From positions 744,001-808,000 of the forward strand of contig BROI01000004.1 of NCBI GenBank assembly GCA_027923505.1: DNA of 64,000 nucleotides. The letters are read 5' to 3'. This document shows, piece by piece, positions 21,704 through 33,000 of the stretch (its first letter is position 1; every line of letters begins with the position of its first letter). A model generated the notes under the pieces. It was not told where the DNA came from. It ran no database searches and saw nothing but the letters and a program-made list of their open reading frames with translations. A program made the translations under genes and the position numbers. Origin of the DNA: Mayamaea pseudoterrestris. Its lineage: Eukaryota.

Positions 21704-24700
21704 CTAAGCTGGACAATTTTCTTCTTGCACTGACATGTCCATTGATGTCTTTGGCGGATTAGGAATCACGACTGGTTCTTCCTTCAACCATCTCTTTAGC
21801 TCCTGTATTGCTGCGCTGAGTTGAGTGTCAACACCATCAAAAGCAGTCCGCGGGTTATTGTCGACTACAATGTCGGGAACCACACCATGTTGCTCAATGC
21901 CCAAGCCCCAGCCAAAATTGTTGTTGAAGGTTCCGATTTCGGGAGCAGTGGCAATGCCACCGTCGACGAGAATGTTGTCCGACTGTAGCCATATGCCGCC
22001 ACCCCAGGTTCGCGTGCCAATGAGGCGACCAAGACCGAGTTCTGATATACCTCTTGATACACCTTCGCCGTCGCTGGCTGTCAATTCGTCAATCAACACA
22101 ACAATATGCCCGCGAAATGCGAACTGGGCATCCCAGTCAGCGTCGCCCCGTCTCATGCCGGTTCGCCCTTGCCAATACATCCAAGCTCGTCGTTGCAGCA
22201 TTGTCAAGATCCAAGAGTCAATGTTCCCGCCATTGTTGTGACGAACATCGAGGATCAGTGCTTGTGCGTCATAATCTCCAAAGAAACCTCTTGCAAAAGC
22301 ATTTTCGTCGTCAGCGAGCATGGATCTCATATGAATATAAGCAACAGTAAAGCCAGCCTTTGCTGCCATGCTCTTGGCAGTTTCGCGGGTCCTCCATTCC
22401 CATGCATTATAAAACAAATTAGAGGCATCAGTGGGCGAAATAGGACTTGTTATAAGTGAAGTGGTCGGCATCTCAGTACTCGAACTGTTGCTTAACTTTC
22501 CTGACTCCAATCGAAGCACCTCCAGTCGTACGCTTCGGCCAATCGTCCCTCGTAACAACTTGTGGATGTCGGGAACCGGCATGACGCTTTCTCCATTGAT
22601 TGCGACAATGACGTCGCCGGCCTTTAATCCATCTTGACCAGTCATGCGCAGCGTCTGATCGGATAGCGGAGAGTATACAGCGTAATCGTCCACTAAATTA
22701 AAATCCGGATCTTGGAATGGTATTTCTACAATCCTGTACCCCTTCCAATGAGGATCTCGGACCATGCTCGCGCCTAGACTGCCTGGAGTCACCATCACCT
22801 GAGAATCTTGGTCGTTTTCGTCGATCGGACTATTGTATTCTCCTCCATACACAAAGACATGGAGCGCGCTGAGTTCGGAGGCCATTTGCGCGAGCACATC
22901 ATCGACCTCTTCACGTTTCGTGCATCGACCAACCAGACCACTATACCGCTCGTGGATAGCCAGCCAATCTGTCGAGTGCATTTTATAATCGTAGAAGTAG
23001 TCACGCAACATTCTCCAGGCGTCGTTAAACATATGTTGGTGCTCGACAGGAGGCAAGACAGAGAGTCCCATTTGGCTTGTATCTGCAATATTGATAGATA
23101 ATTCTGCGACATCGCCAAGAAGTCCACTCCATCCAGATATGGTGTTCTCGATGATTTTCGTCTTGCTGTTCATAAACACAATCCAAACGTAATTGCGACA
23201 TGTGCTGATACCAAAATTGTCAAGTGGAGCATAAATCGGAGTCTGGTCTATATCGTCGGATGGAAAAGCGCTAGGCGAGAAAAGTTGCAGACTGATGCCA
23301 TTGTCTGCCTCGACCAATACCAGAGTACCATCGTCCCTGGTCTGGGAGACAATGGAAATATACTTACCCTTGGGGACTTGTGTCATCCTGTAAGCTGCTC
23401 TCGCGAAATTAATTCCTGATTGTGATCCAGCAACTCCAAAGCTAATGGCCATGTCTTTCGGGAACTTTGAATCCAATGCGACGTCCAAACTTGGTAAAGT
23501 TACATTCTCACCCGAGATAGAAGAAGCTTTGGAGGAGAGCGATTTCGCAACACGCCTCAAAAACCTTGTCAACGACCCTGCCTCATGCGTCTGTAGTTTT
23601 CGCGACCGTAAATGCCGCGCCAAGTCGCCCGTCCCTTCACGCAAGAGGCGAGCAGTGCGCCGTGTTTCATCGCCAGAGACTGCCATTGCTTCCGCCGCTT
23701 CATCAATTTCCTCCATCACCTTTTTTAAGGCGATACTTGAATCGTCCACGAAAAGTTCGAGTCCGCCTCCGCCTGCAAAACGTCCTCGCACTGATTCCAA
23801 AATTTCCCCATCAACTGCTTCAGGTAAAAGTGGCAGAGCCCACAAACTACGTCTGGTCATAAAGTGGGGCATTGGAGCGCGACTGCCCCACGGACTTCCG
23901 ACATCAGTCGTGACGTCTCGGTCGGTTAAGAAATACAGCGTTGTTGCAACGTCGTCGGGTGGAGGGCTACCAGTCAGCATCGACACCAGTTCCAGCTTGT
24001 CTTTTAGGTAGTAATCAAGCGATGATTTGCCCCAAAACATTTTGTATGAATTGAAACGATTCGGAGTCGCTTGCACGTGCCGCCCGACCACAATATCGTT
24101 AATTCGAGCGTCGTCCTCTGCTTTGTGCGTCTCGCCGCAATCGACGATTGTAATAACGGAGAATTGGTTGCGCGCTTGATGTTCTACAGCGAGGTATCGG
24201 CCGCCTGGGCTCCAGGTGAAGGTGGCTAGGCTTCCATCCATTGGCTCTCCAAGCTCATTCTCGCTATTTAGCTCCGTATATGTTGCGTTTGGTATGTAAA
24301 GAGGCAATGACATGACAAGAATACGACCATCCGTGTCAGCCCATGCCATGCGCCTTCCACATGGACTGACAGTGACTGATTCAGCCTTGACACTTCCCAA
24401 TCCTCCGTCCCTTGTGCTTCCTCCGCGCTGTTTACCACCCAAAAAGGGTTCAGGCAAGTGTTTCAAGTCGCCAAACACATTAGCTCCATCTGCTTGAGTC
24501 TCAACAAGGTAAAATGCATGCTCCGCCGTCGGACTGAGTGGATCCGTCGCCAGTACCACGGACAATCGTCTAGGACCATCTTCCAGCAACAAGGGGACAT
24601 TTCTCGACGTCAAGACTCGCATCATTCCTCCCGTCATGGCTCCAGGAACTACCTGGTATCTCCGTGGTGGAAGATTTTGCCCGGAACCTTGGTACATTTT

Positions 24701-26326
24701 GTCCGACACCTTGTCCACCACCGGCAGCACCCACGTTTGGCCACGTAGCGTCGCCAGAAAGCTTTTGGACCCATGCGCCGTGTCAAACACATCCCCCGCC
24801 GTCAAGTGCATCGTCGGGTCCACCATGATTTGCCGCTCCTGCAGTTCGTGAAAGTCGGAATATATTTGAATCGCAAGCTTTTGCGCGTGTACTGTGGACA
24901 CTTTGTTTTGAATGCGTCGCTCCATTTGCTTGGAGGTGAGCAAGTGCAAGTCGGCTCCCACGCGTAGCACCACGTTGTTGGTGACTGGGTCGACGGCATA
25001 CTCCTGCAACGCCATGCCATTGTATTGGCAGGAAACGTGTGTAATTTGCACTGGACGTGGCAGTGAAGCGGTCTTGTCGCCATAGACACTTGCCTTGGTC
25101 GGTAACGGCATGGCCCAAAGGGTCATGCTTGTCGCTCTCCATTCAATATCGCTGCCATCCACAGGACTGCGATCACTCAGAAACAGCAAATAGGCTTGTC
25201 CTCCATAGTTGCCAACACTGGGCGCCTTGCTGGTCCCATTATAATCAGCCGTCAGCAACACGGCTAGCTCCTCGTTGTTGCAATACATCCACAAATTTTC
25301 CGCCGTGCCTCCCACGTAGCGCGCCGTGCGACTGCTTTGCTTGAAGCGCACAAACACGAGGCAGTTTTCGTCAAGCGCAATGCCATCAATCGCCTGCGCC
25401 AGCGGCACTTCGGAAATGGAATTGTTACTAAAGTGCTGGCGATAGAGTCGCACATCCGGCAGCGACACTTTCTGCGAGGGAGCGGCGAAAAGTATCGAGT
25501 CGTCGTTCAACTGCGCCACGTTTCGTATGCCCGTGGTGCTCGTATAAGTGAGTCGCTTTGTCGCGACGTTGCTTAGATGCATCAAATAAACGTCGCGCCG
25601 ACCGGTGTAAGTGGCGGAAAAGGCAATCTTGTCTTTGAATAACTTTGGCGACTGCACGTTGCCAATGGTGGTGGTGAGTCGCATGGCGGGCATGCTGCTG
25701 CTACTGCTTGGCAACGTCGTCATGTACAAGTCACCCTCGCTCAAAAATACGAGTGAATTATTGTAGAGGGAGGGTTGCTGCATGTAGCCACGCTTTTCAT
25801 CTGGTTGTTGTTGCGCGGCAGTCACTATCTGGGGTGGTTGCGGCGGGTCATTGTAGGGGTTCCAATCGGTGGCGACTCCAACGAATGGGTCGTAGTAAAT
25901 GGTGTAGCTGCGTTTGGCGTTGGTCGTCGTCGTCGTCACAATGCTACTAGATGCAGCAGCACTCGTTGAGTGTATCACTGTAGTTGTTGATAATGATGAC
26001 TTTGGATCCAGTCGCGTCATGATGGAATCGCGAAAGATGTAAACGACCGACAAACCAACGAGCAGCGTCAAGAGCATGGAAATTACGTAGATTGTGAAAC
26101 AGCATGTATTGCAAAACGACGGCCGCCGCATCGAGTAGTGTTTGCGCGTGCGTCGTTTGCGCCGCGCATCAACGTAGACGGCTTCGTGGCTGCTGCTGCC
26201 ATCGCCGTCGTCGTCGTCGTCGTCGTCAACGGAATTGTACTCCTGCAAGTCGCGCGTAGCAATGCGATCGGAGGAAGAGGGAGATGTACTTCGACTGGAT
26301 GCTTGGGCAATGGTAGGGAGTGACAT
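21704..26326 (-). CDS. Tricorn-like S41 protease with N-terminal transmembrane anchor
   Basis: Propeller region (RTARYVGGTAENLW, FTWSPGGRYLA), C1 (FNDAWRMLRDYFYD..ELSALHVF), PDZ (AGDVIVAINGE), S41 (LILDVRHNNGGNI, TASDGE, GTRTWGG, IEQHGVVPDI). TM at IYVISMLLTLLVGLSVVYIF. Confidence 0.9.
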   Translation of the reverse strand: MSLPTIAQASSRSTSPSSSDRIATRDLQEYNSVDDDDDDDGDGSSSHEAVYVDARRKRRTRKHYSMRRPSFCNTCCFTIYVISMLLTLLVGLSVVYIFRDSIMTRLDPKSSLSTTTVIHSTSAAASSSIVTTTTTNAKRSYTIYYDPFVGVATDWNPYNDPPQPPQIVTAAQQQPDEKRGYMQQPSLYNNSLVFLSEGDLYMTTLPSSSSSMPAMRLTTTIGNVQSPKLFKDKIAFSATYTGRRDVYLMHLSNVATKRLTYTSTTGIRNVAQLNDDSILFAAPSQKVSLPDVRLYRQHFSNNSISEVPLAQAIDGIALDENCLVFVRFKQSSRTARYVGGTAENLWMYCNNEELAVLLTADYNGTSKAPSVGNYGGQAYLLFLSDRSPVDGSDIEWRATSMTLWAMPLPTKASVYGDKTASLPRPVQITHVSCQYNGMALQEYAVDPVTNNVVLRVGADLHLLTSKQMERRIQNKVSTVHAQKLAIQIYSDFHELQERQIMVDPTMHLTAGDVFDTAHGSKSFLATLRGQTWVLPVVDKVSDKMYQGSGQNLPPRRYQVVPGAMTGGMMRVLTSRNVPLLLEDGPRRLSVVLATDPLSPTAEHAFYLVETQADGANVFGDLKHLPEPFLGGKQRGGSTRDGGLGSVKAESVTVSPCGRRMAWADTDGRILVMSLPLYIPNATYTELNSENELGEPMDGSLATFTWSPGGRYLAVEHQARNQFSVITIVDCGETHKAEDDARINDIVVGRHVQATPNRFNSYKMFWGKSSLDYYLKDKLELVSMLTGSPPPDDVATTLYFLTDRDVTTDVGSPWGSRAPMPHFMTRRSLWALPLLPEAVDGEILESVRGRFAGGGGLELFVDDSSIALKKVMEEIDEAAEAMAVSGDETRRTARLLREGTGDLARHLRSRKLQTHEAGSLTRFLRRVAKSLSSKASSISGENVTLPSLDVALDSKFPKDMAISFGVAGSQSGINFARAAYRMTQVPKGKYISIVSQTRDDGTLVLVEADNGISLQLFSPSAFPSDDIDQTPIYAPLDNFGISTCRNYVWIVFMNSKTKIIENTISGWSGLLGDVAELSINIADTSQMGLSVLPPVEHQHMFNDAWRMLRDYFYDYKMHSTDWLAIHERYSGLVGRCTKREEVDDVLAQMASELSALHVFVYGGEYNSPIDENDQDSQVMVTPGSLGASMVRDPHWKGYRIVEIPFQDPDFNLVDDYAVYSPLSDQTLRMTGQDGLKAGDVIVAINGESVMPVPDIHKLLRGTIGRSVRLEVLRLESGKLSNSSSTEMPTTSLITSPISPTDASNLFYNAWEWRTRETAKSMAAKAGFTVAYIHMRSMLADDENAFARGFFGDYDAQALILDVRHNNGGNIDSWILTMLQRRAWMYWQGRTGMRRGDADWDAQFAFRGHIVVLIDELTASDGEGVSRGISELGLGRLIGTRTWGGGIWLQSDNILVDGGIATAPEIGTFNNNFGWGLGIEQHGVVPDIVVDNNPRTAFDGVDTQLSAAIQELKRWLKEEPVVIPNPPKTSMDMSVQEENCPA

Positions 26327-27074
26327 GGTTATGTTTGTTGAGCCGACAATTCTGTGACTTGTATGATGAGAGATGAATGACCGCCAATTGAATGCTGAAT
26401 TCCTTTCAGCGAGCTTGCGGTGGCACAATAGTAATTAAATCTGTTATCGACTTAGTAAAAACTTCTTTTGCCGAGTGATTTATGTCAATAGCAGGTAAAA
26501 ATATCAGATTGTTTTTTAATGACTGTCAAAACAATGAAGTTATCATCGTCTCGTTCATCCATGGTGGTCGCCCATCGCCTCTCCGGCAGCTGATAATGTC
26601 ATACCACCACTCAAATGCCACGTCATTCGCATCGCCAGCAGCCACGCCGGCGCGGATTCACGTCCGTTGCCACAAGCAGGCAGTGCAGTGCCTCTGCTGA
26701 CCTCTCCCAGGAGTGCCGAGCCGTCCCATCAATCGTTTGTGCAAGCAAGCAAGCAAGCAAGCAGCAGCCTCCGCCAAAGGAGCGATTACGTCTCTTAGTA
26801 TTTACACGCGACAAATTTCAGAGTTTGACGAGACGACGAATTTTATATTTGCAGAGGAGCCAGCAGCAGCCGTAGCAGCAGCGACCGAGTGGCAAGGATT
26901 TTTTGGAAGCAGAGGTTCTTTAATATTTGAATCGTTCCACTCCATTTACTCTCGGAGAAATTCCGACGGCAGCTGCCTCATTGAGCAACGTAGTCGAAAC
27001 GACGTGTGAAACGCAAGCAGTGATTCGAAATCAATTTTCAATCAACGACTACGGTAGCGCAATCAACTACTATC

Positions 27075-30000
27075 ATGTACTCGACTCGCCAACCAGCACC
27101 CATTTCCACGACGCGACGCGAGTCCTCTGGCAGTCGCTATGGCAGCAACAATGGCCCACTCTCCAACACGAGCACGAGCAGTCGGCGACATCAGTTGGCC
27201 CTGTTTCGACATGCCTCCACCAAGCGCGCCAGCGCCAAGAGCATGAGCAAGACGAGGCAGCATGCCAAGCAATTGGCAAGTATGCAGCAGCAGGCGAATA
27301 ATGCAGACAATCAGCAGCAGGAGACTGTCGCAGTCGACTTTTTTGCAGATTTTTCGGCAGCCTTTCCTGATGCAGACGCTACACCGTCAATGGATTTGTT
27401 TGCCGCAGCTCCGCAGCAGCATTCTTCTGCATCCGCATCATTTAGCAATGGAAACAGTAGCAATGCGTTACTGAGAAGGAGGCTGTCCAAAAGCAACAAT
27501 CACCATAAGCTGCTGCATACCAATGATTCATTTGCGTCGGACGATTACAATGTGAACGAATACAGCAATAACAATTATCACCATGCTGCTGCTACCGCAA
27601 ACATTGACACGAGCTTTTTCGACGAAAATCCCTTTGCGGCGCAGCAGCGAGACTTGGAGGAGGAGGAGCGCCAAAAACGAGCACTCAGCCAGCAGGCGCA
27701 AATGATGGCGCAAGCGGCTGCCAAGGTGCAAGAGAGGCAGCGAAGAGCGGCAGCGGCGGCGAATGCAAATGCAGCAGTGCAGCAACAACAAGACGACTTG
27801 TTTCAGCCAGACTGGTCGTCGCAGCATGAAGCAACAACGCAGAGGATACCGGCAGCTGCAGCATCGTCATCTCCTAGCAACAAGAATCAAAACCAGCGCA
27901 CAGCCGCGTCATTTTTTGCAGACCAAGAGCAAAAAGTGCAGCAATCACCAGCAGCATCTCGATCGCATTCACAGATTGGATCAGGAAATGCAGCAGCAAC
28001 CTACAATCATAGTCCCGTTTCGGCCGGAAGCAGCAGTTACAACAACAATCAACACAATGTAGTCTTGTCTGGAGGTGCAGCGGCCCGCCGACGAGTTCGA
28101 AGTCAAATGAAAAAGAGTGGAAATGGCGGAGGAGGCAGTAGTGTTGGCGAGTCGGACGCGACGAACTACTCGCATTCGCCAGCGTCATCGTCCAAGCACT
28201 TGCAATCGCCGCCGCAGAGCCCACTCATGCTGAATTCTCCCGCACTAAAGTCGGCGCAGCAACAGCAGCAACAACAAAGGTGGCAACTGCAGCAACAGCA
28301 ATACAACAATCATCAGCATTCGGATGCGTCGTCGATTGGTGCCAGCAGCACTGGATCAAGGTCGCAGTATTTGCCGCATCCACGATCTGTCACTGGTTCG
28401 ACTCGATCCATCACATCCAGCACGGCGTCATCGTCTGGTCAAAACGACATTTTTGACACGAAGCATCCGGATGGAGGATTTCGGTTTGACGCCTTTGGTT
28501 TGGACGAGTCGCAAATTAACTATGAAGTGACGCAAGCCATGCAGGAGATTGCTCATCAGAATCCAAACATTTCATTCTTCATGGACAATGACGATTTTGC
28601 CAATTCCAATGTGTGGGACAATGTGTCGCCAAATCAGAGTCGCGCGTCCACTCCGACGAAGGACGAGCAGGATGGCTTTGTGGATGGCTTTCGTGTCAAC
28701 AAGTTGGGAGGACTGCGGCAGTCGCCAACGAGCACGGAGCGAACAAGCTTGACGAGTGACTCTTCTGGACGTGTTAATTTGTTCAAATTAAAGGCTGGCT
28801 TCCACGAGTCAAAGCCAGCGAGGCGAGTCGTTGCTGCGCCGTCGACGGATAGGAGGCAAAGTTTGTCGACGAGGCAGCCGCAGCAGCAGCAACAGCAACA
28901 ACAACAAGATGGCATGCAGCTGGAAATGCCAAGGCTGCAGGAGCCAATTATGCGACGAACCAAGTCTCAGGATGTTGACTTTTTTGACCCTGGATTCGAA
29001 TCTTCGGATGCAGAAGGGTTCGAGTCGGATGTTGGTGGAACAAACACTTCGACGACGGCGGATCCAACCGAAATTCCGAGCAGCACGGATGGATCTGTTC
29101 GACGACATGAGGAGAAAAAAGATGATGACGCCGGGGAAACTAGCAAGCGTAGACCAACCATGGAAGCGTTGAAATCCAAGTGGTCTTTGCACAGTGGATC
29201 AGCGATGCGAATGCAACCGAACGGACGACCATCGCCGCGTCAACAGCAATCTGCCGCTTCGCCTCAACTAACTCAGCCAATGGTGTCAACTCGGCAATTT
29301 GATGCTCCTGCGGCAAGCATGAAAGAAGGGAACTACGGCAAGCGACAACTAGAGATGAAAAACTCGGTCCAAGAAGCGGTTATACGACCGGCTCCATCTT
29401 ACGAGCGTCGTGAAGGTCACCAATCCATTTCATCAGGTCGATCATCGCCTGTGTCAACACACGGCGATAGTCCACAGCACGCTAATCAATACCAACAGCA
29501 GGTTGGCGGAGAAACGCCGAATTTAGACGAACAAAGTAACCAAAGACAAGCACCGTACGACAATGCAAAATTGGACGTTGCTCCCTCATTCGAAAGCTTT
29601 CGTGATCGATTGCGGCCTGTGGGCTCCCAGGACGATAAATTTGTCAAGGCAAAGTCTGAAGGAGGTGCAGCTATCAATATGTCGGCTGTTAATGCTGTGC
29701 TAAGGAGAATAGAGATTGTTTCGCCAAATGACTCCAAATCTGACACTGGAGTTCCGTCGCCAGCATTTGCGCAAGTTAAACTCCGGAGAACAATGATTGC
29801 AAAAATGGAAGACACTAAGCAAGAAGCCGCATTGGCGGAACCGAAATTGCCGACACATGAGCCTGAGCAGCAGGAACTGCGACAGGTTGATGAGCCTGTA
29901 CAGCCGGAACGTAAAATGACCTACAGGGAGAAACGAGAGCTTGAACTTCAGCAGCAGCGAGAGGAAGAAGAAAGAAGAAAAGCTGATGAAGCAGCTCTCA

Positions 30001-33000
30001 GTCAAAATGATGTTGCATCGCAGATCAGACGCCGAGTCGCATCAGTGGCGCAGCAGAATGCTATCCTCCCCAAGATTCCCACGTCACACGTCTCGGGAAC
30101 ATCATTGTATCAGAATTTACGTTCATCTCGTCCGGATAACGAGGCGGAATTGATGCAGGGCGATTCGTCCACTGTTTCCAGACAACATGCAAAATCGATT
30201 CCCACATTCACCACACCGCCACCTTCGTCTCGCGAACCCGCAGACTTGGTTATACAGCCTTCGATGAGCGGTGATTTTGATCCATCGCCTTCCAAAGAAG
30301 CTGACGCTGTTGTGTCGCGGCTACTTAATCTTAAGCAGGCGGAAAAAACAGCTGCTAAGCAAGTAGTTCCACCCATTGACACAGGTGAACAAGTGTATAA
30401 CGAAAAGGGGCCGAACCAACTGCATACACCTAAAGCGACAATGATGATGTTAAATGCTTTCTTGGCAGGACGAGAAGCCATTACGTCGCACGAGACGGGC
30501 AGTAAGACGGAACAGCCGACAATGATTGATGTTGGAGAAGATGATTCGCCTGAGTCACAGGCGAGAGTCGCCGCTGGCAGTCCTACGCAATATCCATCAG
30601 ACCTGCCGACCTTAAAGGACGACCCAAAGTACGCCAAATATTTCAAAATGCTGAGCATGGGCATGCCATTGGAGGTTGTCAAGCATGCCATGACCAGAGA
30701 CGGCTTTAATCCAGCAGTGATGGACCAAGACCACAACAAACCTGTTGGCATTCCCTTGAATCGCGACCCCAAATACTCAAAGTACTTCAAGATGCTTGGT
30801 ATTGGCCTTCCAATGGACGCCGTGAAGCATGCCATGGAGCGCGATGGTTTAAATTCTTCGGTAATGGATCGCGATCATAGTCTTCCGGCAGAAGCAGTTT
30901 CCAGCGACGATCTCGAGGAACCCAAAGAAAAGGACTCCCATCGCCGGGCGCGTTTGCATTGGAAGACGCTTCGTCAGGTTACCTCGAACTCACTTTGGGC
31001 TAAAATTGATCAAGATGATCAGTTGGAAAAGATATTGATTGACGAGGCAGAGTTTCAGGAATTGTTTCAGGTTGTCAAGGATGAAGAAGCAAACACTGCT
31101 ACAACGACTCGACCAAAGATTTCCGCGAAGAGAGGGGTTTGTGTCATTGACCCAAAGCGAGCTAACAATGGAGGAATTATCCTTGCCCGACTAAAAATGT
31201 CGCACGATGAAATGGCGGACGCCGTCGACAGAATCAACGAAAACGCTTTGACGGCTGAACAAATTGAGCACATTATTGAATATCTGCCATCTAAAGAAGA
31301 GCGAAAAGCCCTTGAGGCGTACATGCTGGAAGGAGGGCAAGATGCCGCCGAAAAGTTTGACAGGCTATGCGAGTGCGAAAAGTTCATGGTCTCCATGATG
31401 ACAGTAAAGCACGCAAAACGAAAGGTCCGAGCACTCTTGTTCAAATTGCAATTTCGAACATGCTTGGAAGATATTTATAATGACACTGTCATCGTTGAGT
31501 CGGCATGCGATGAATTGAATAATTCTGTCCGTCTTCGACAACTATTCGGCATCATTCTGACGTTTGGAAACCGTTTGAACACTGTTGGCAGCGGCAAGCA
31601 GCGAAGGGCGGGAGCTTTCACGCTGGATTCCTTACTAAAGCTCAAGCAAGCAAAGGCGTTCGACAAGAAGACAACTTTTCTCCATTACGTTGTGCTCATT
31701 GTTCGCAGGAACAACGAAATTTTATTGAGATTCAAAGATGACCTTCCCTCAGTCTTCAGAGCCGACAAAATCTTCTGGGACCAGTGCGTCAACGATTTAG
31801 AAGAGGTTGAAAATCAGCTCGAGAATGTCCGTAAGATATCGCTTCATCAAGCGCGCCAATCGCACACGTACCGACTTCGGCGTAAGAAACGCGATGATGA
31901 TGCGGAGAGCTTGAGCGATGGCGAAATGGACCTATCTTTAGAGGAAGAAGTGGAGCTTTTGCGATCGACACCTATTGGTATGTTTACTCTAAGCGCCATC
32001 AAGTACGTTTCCAGTCTACGCGATAAGGTTGAGGTCACGAAGACCAAGTTCGCGCGACTTTTGGAGTACTTTGGAGACGAAGACAAAAAGCTACAGCCTC
32101 ATGAACTATTTAGCATAATAGGTACTTTCAGTCGGGATTTCGAAAAGGCAAATGAGGAAGTTGTCGCAAATGAGAAGAAGAAGCAACGCGAGGAAAGGAA
32201 GCGCCAGGCTGTAAGTAAAGCCGGTCCTGGTAGGCCACCAACTTACTCTCCTGGACAAAAGCCGGGTAGCAACCCACTATTAAAGGCGTCGAACCCAGAA
32301 CCCACAATGTTCCATGTGCTGACTGAGATGAAGGCAAAGGTCGCAGCAAAAGAAGCCGTCCCCATGCATCCCGTTCATCCTCAACAGTTGAGGCGTATCG
32401 AAGAATCGCCGCCAAACGGCTCGGCTGGTGGCCACGAGCGATATTCATCTCAGCCAATTCAGCGTCCAGCTGGTCACGACGAGCAGCGTTCGCCTCAACC
32501 TGTCCAGCGCCAAGCCAATTCTTCTAGCAGCAGCTCCAATGCGGTTGTAAATACTCCTGAAAAATCTTCAGTTAGCGGTAGCCGTCGCGACCTACCTGGT
32601 AGTACCGAGATCCAGAAAACTCCCTCACCCATTAAGGTTGCTCAGATATCCCCATCAAAAACACCAATTTCACGGACACCTTCGACACAAGAAGATGTTA
32701 AGACAATTCCTGAACCTAAACAAGCTCCCCATGCCAGTCCACCTACGGCAACGCCGAGGGCTCACAATATTCTCCGCGAAAAAGCCAAACTGCGTCGTCA
32801 GCGGTACATTCAGGATCGCTCTCCGCCTCCTCCAGCTGCAACTGCACAAGAACAAAATATTGCTACCCCTCCGTTGGTGCGTAACAGATCTCCGGAAGCG
32901 AACGATGATGGTGCACAACCACTGTCCCCTCGCTCCAGCATGCGTCTGCGCATGGAACAGCGCGTACACAGAAACCGCTTTAGTGCAGCCGGGGCTCATT

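Noticed and set aside
21704..26326. Bacterial contamination explaining the tricorn gene
   Set aside because: Flanked by intron-containing CCT1 and a formin, similar composition, and a eukaryote-style low-complexity N-terminus.
27075..29000. CAG/CAA runs as functional repeat arrays
   Set aside because: Ordinary polyQ/polyA coding microsatellites, common throughout this window.
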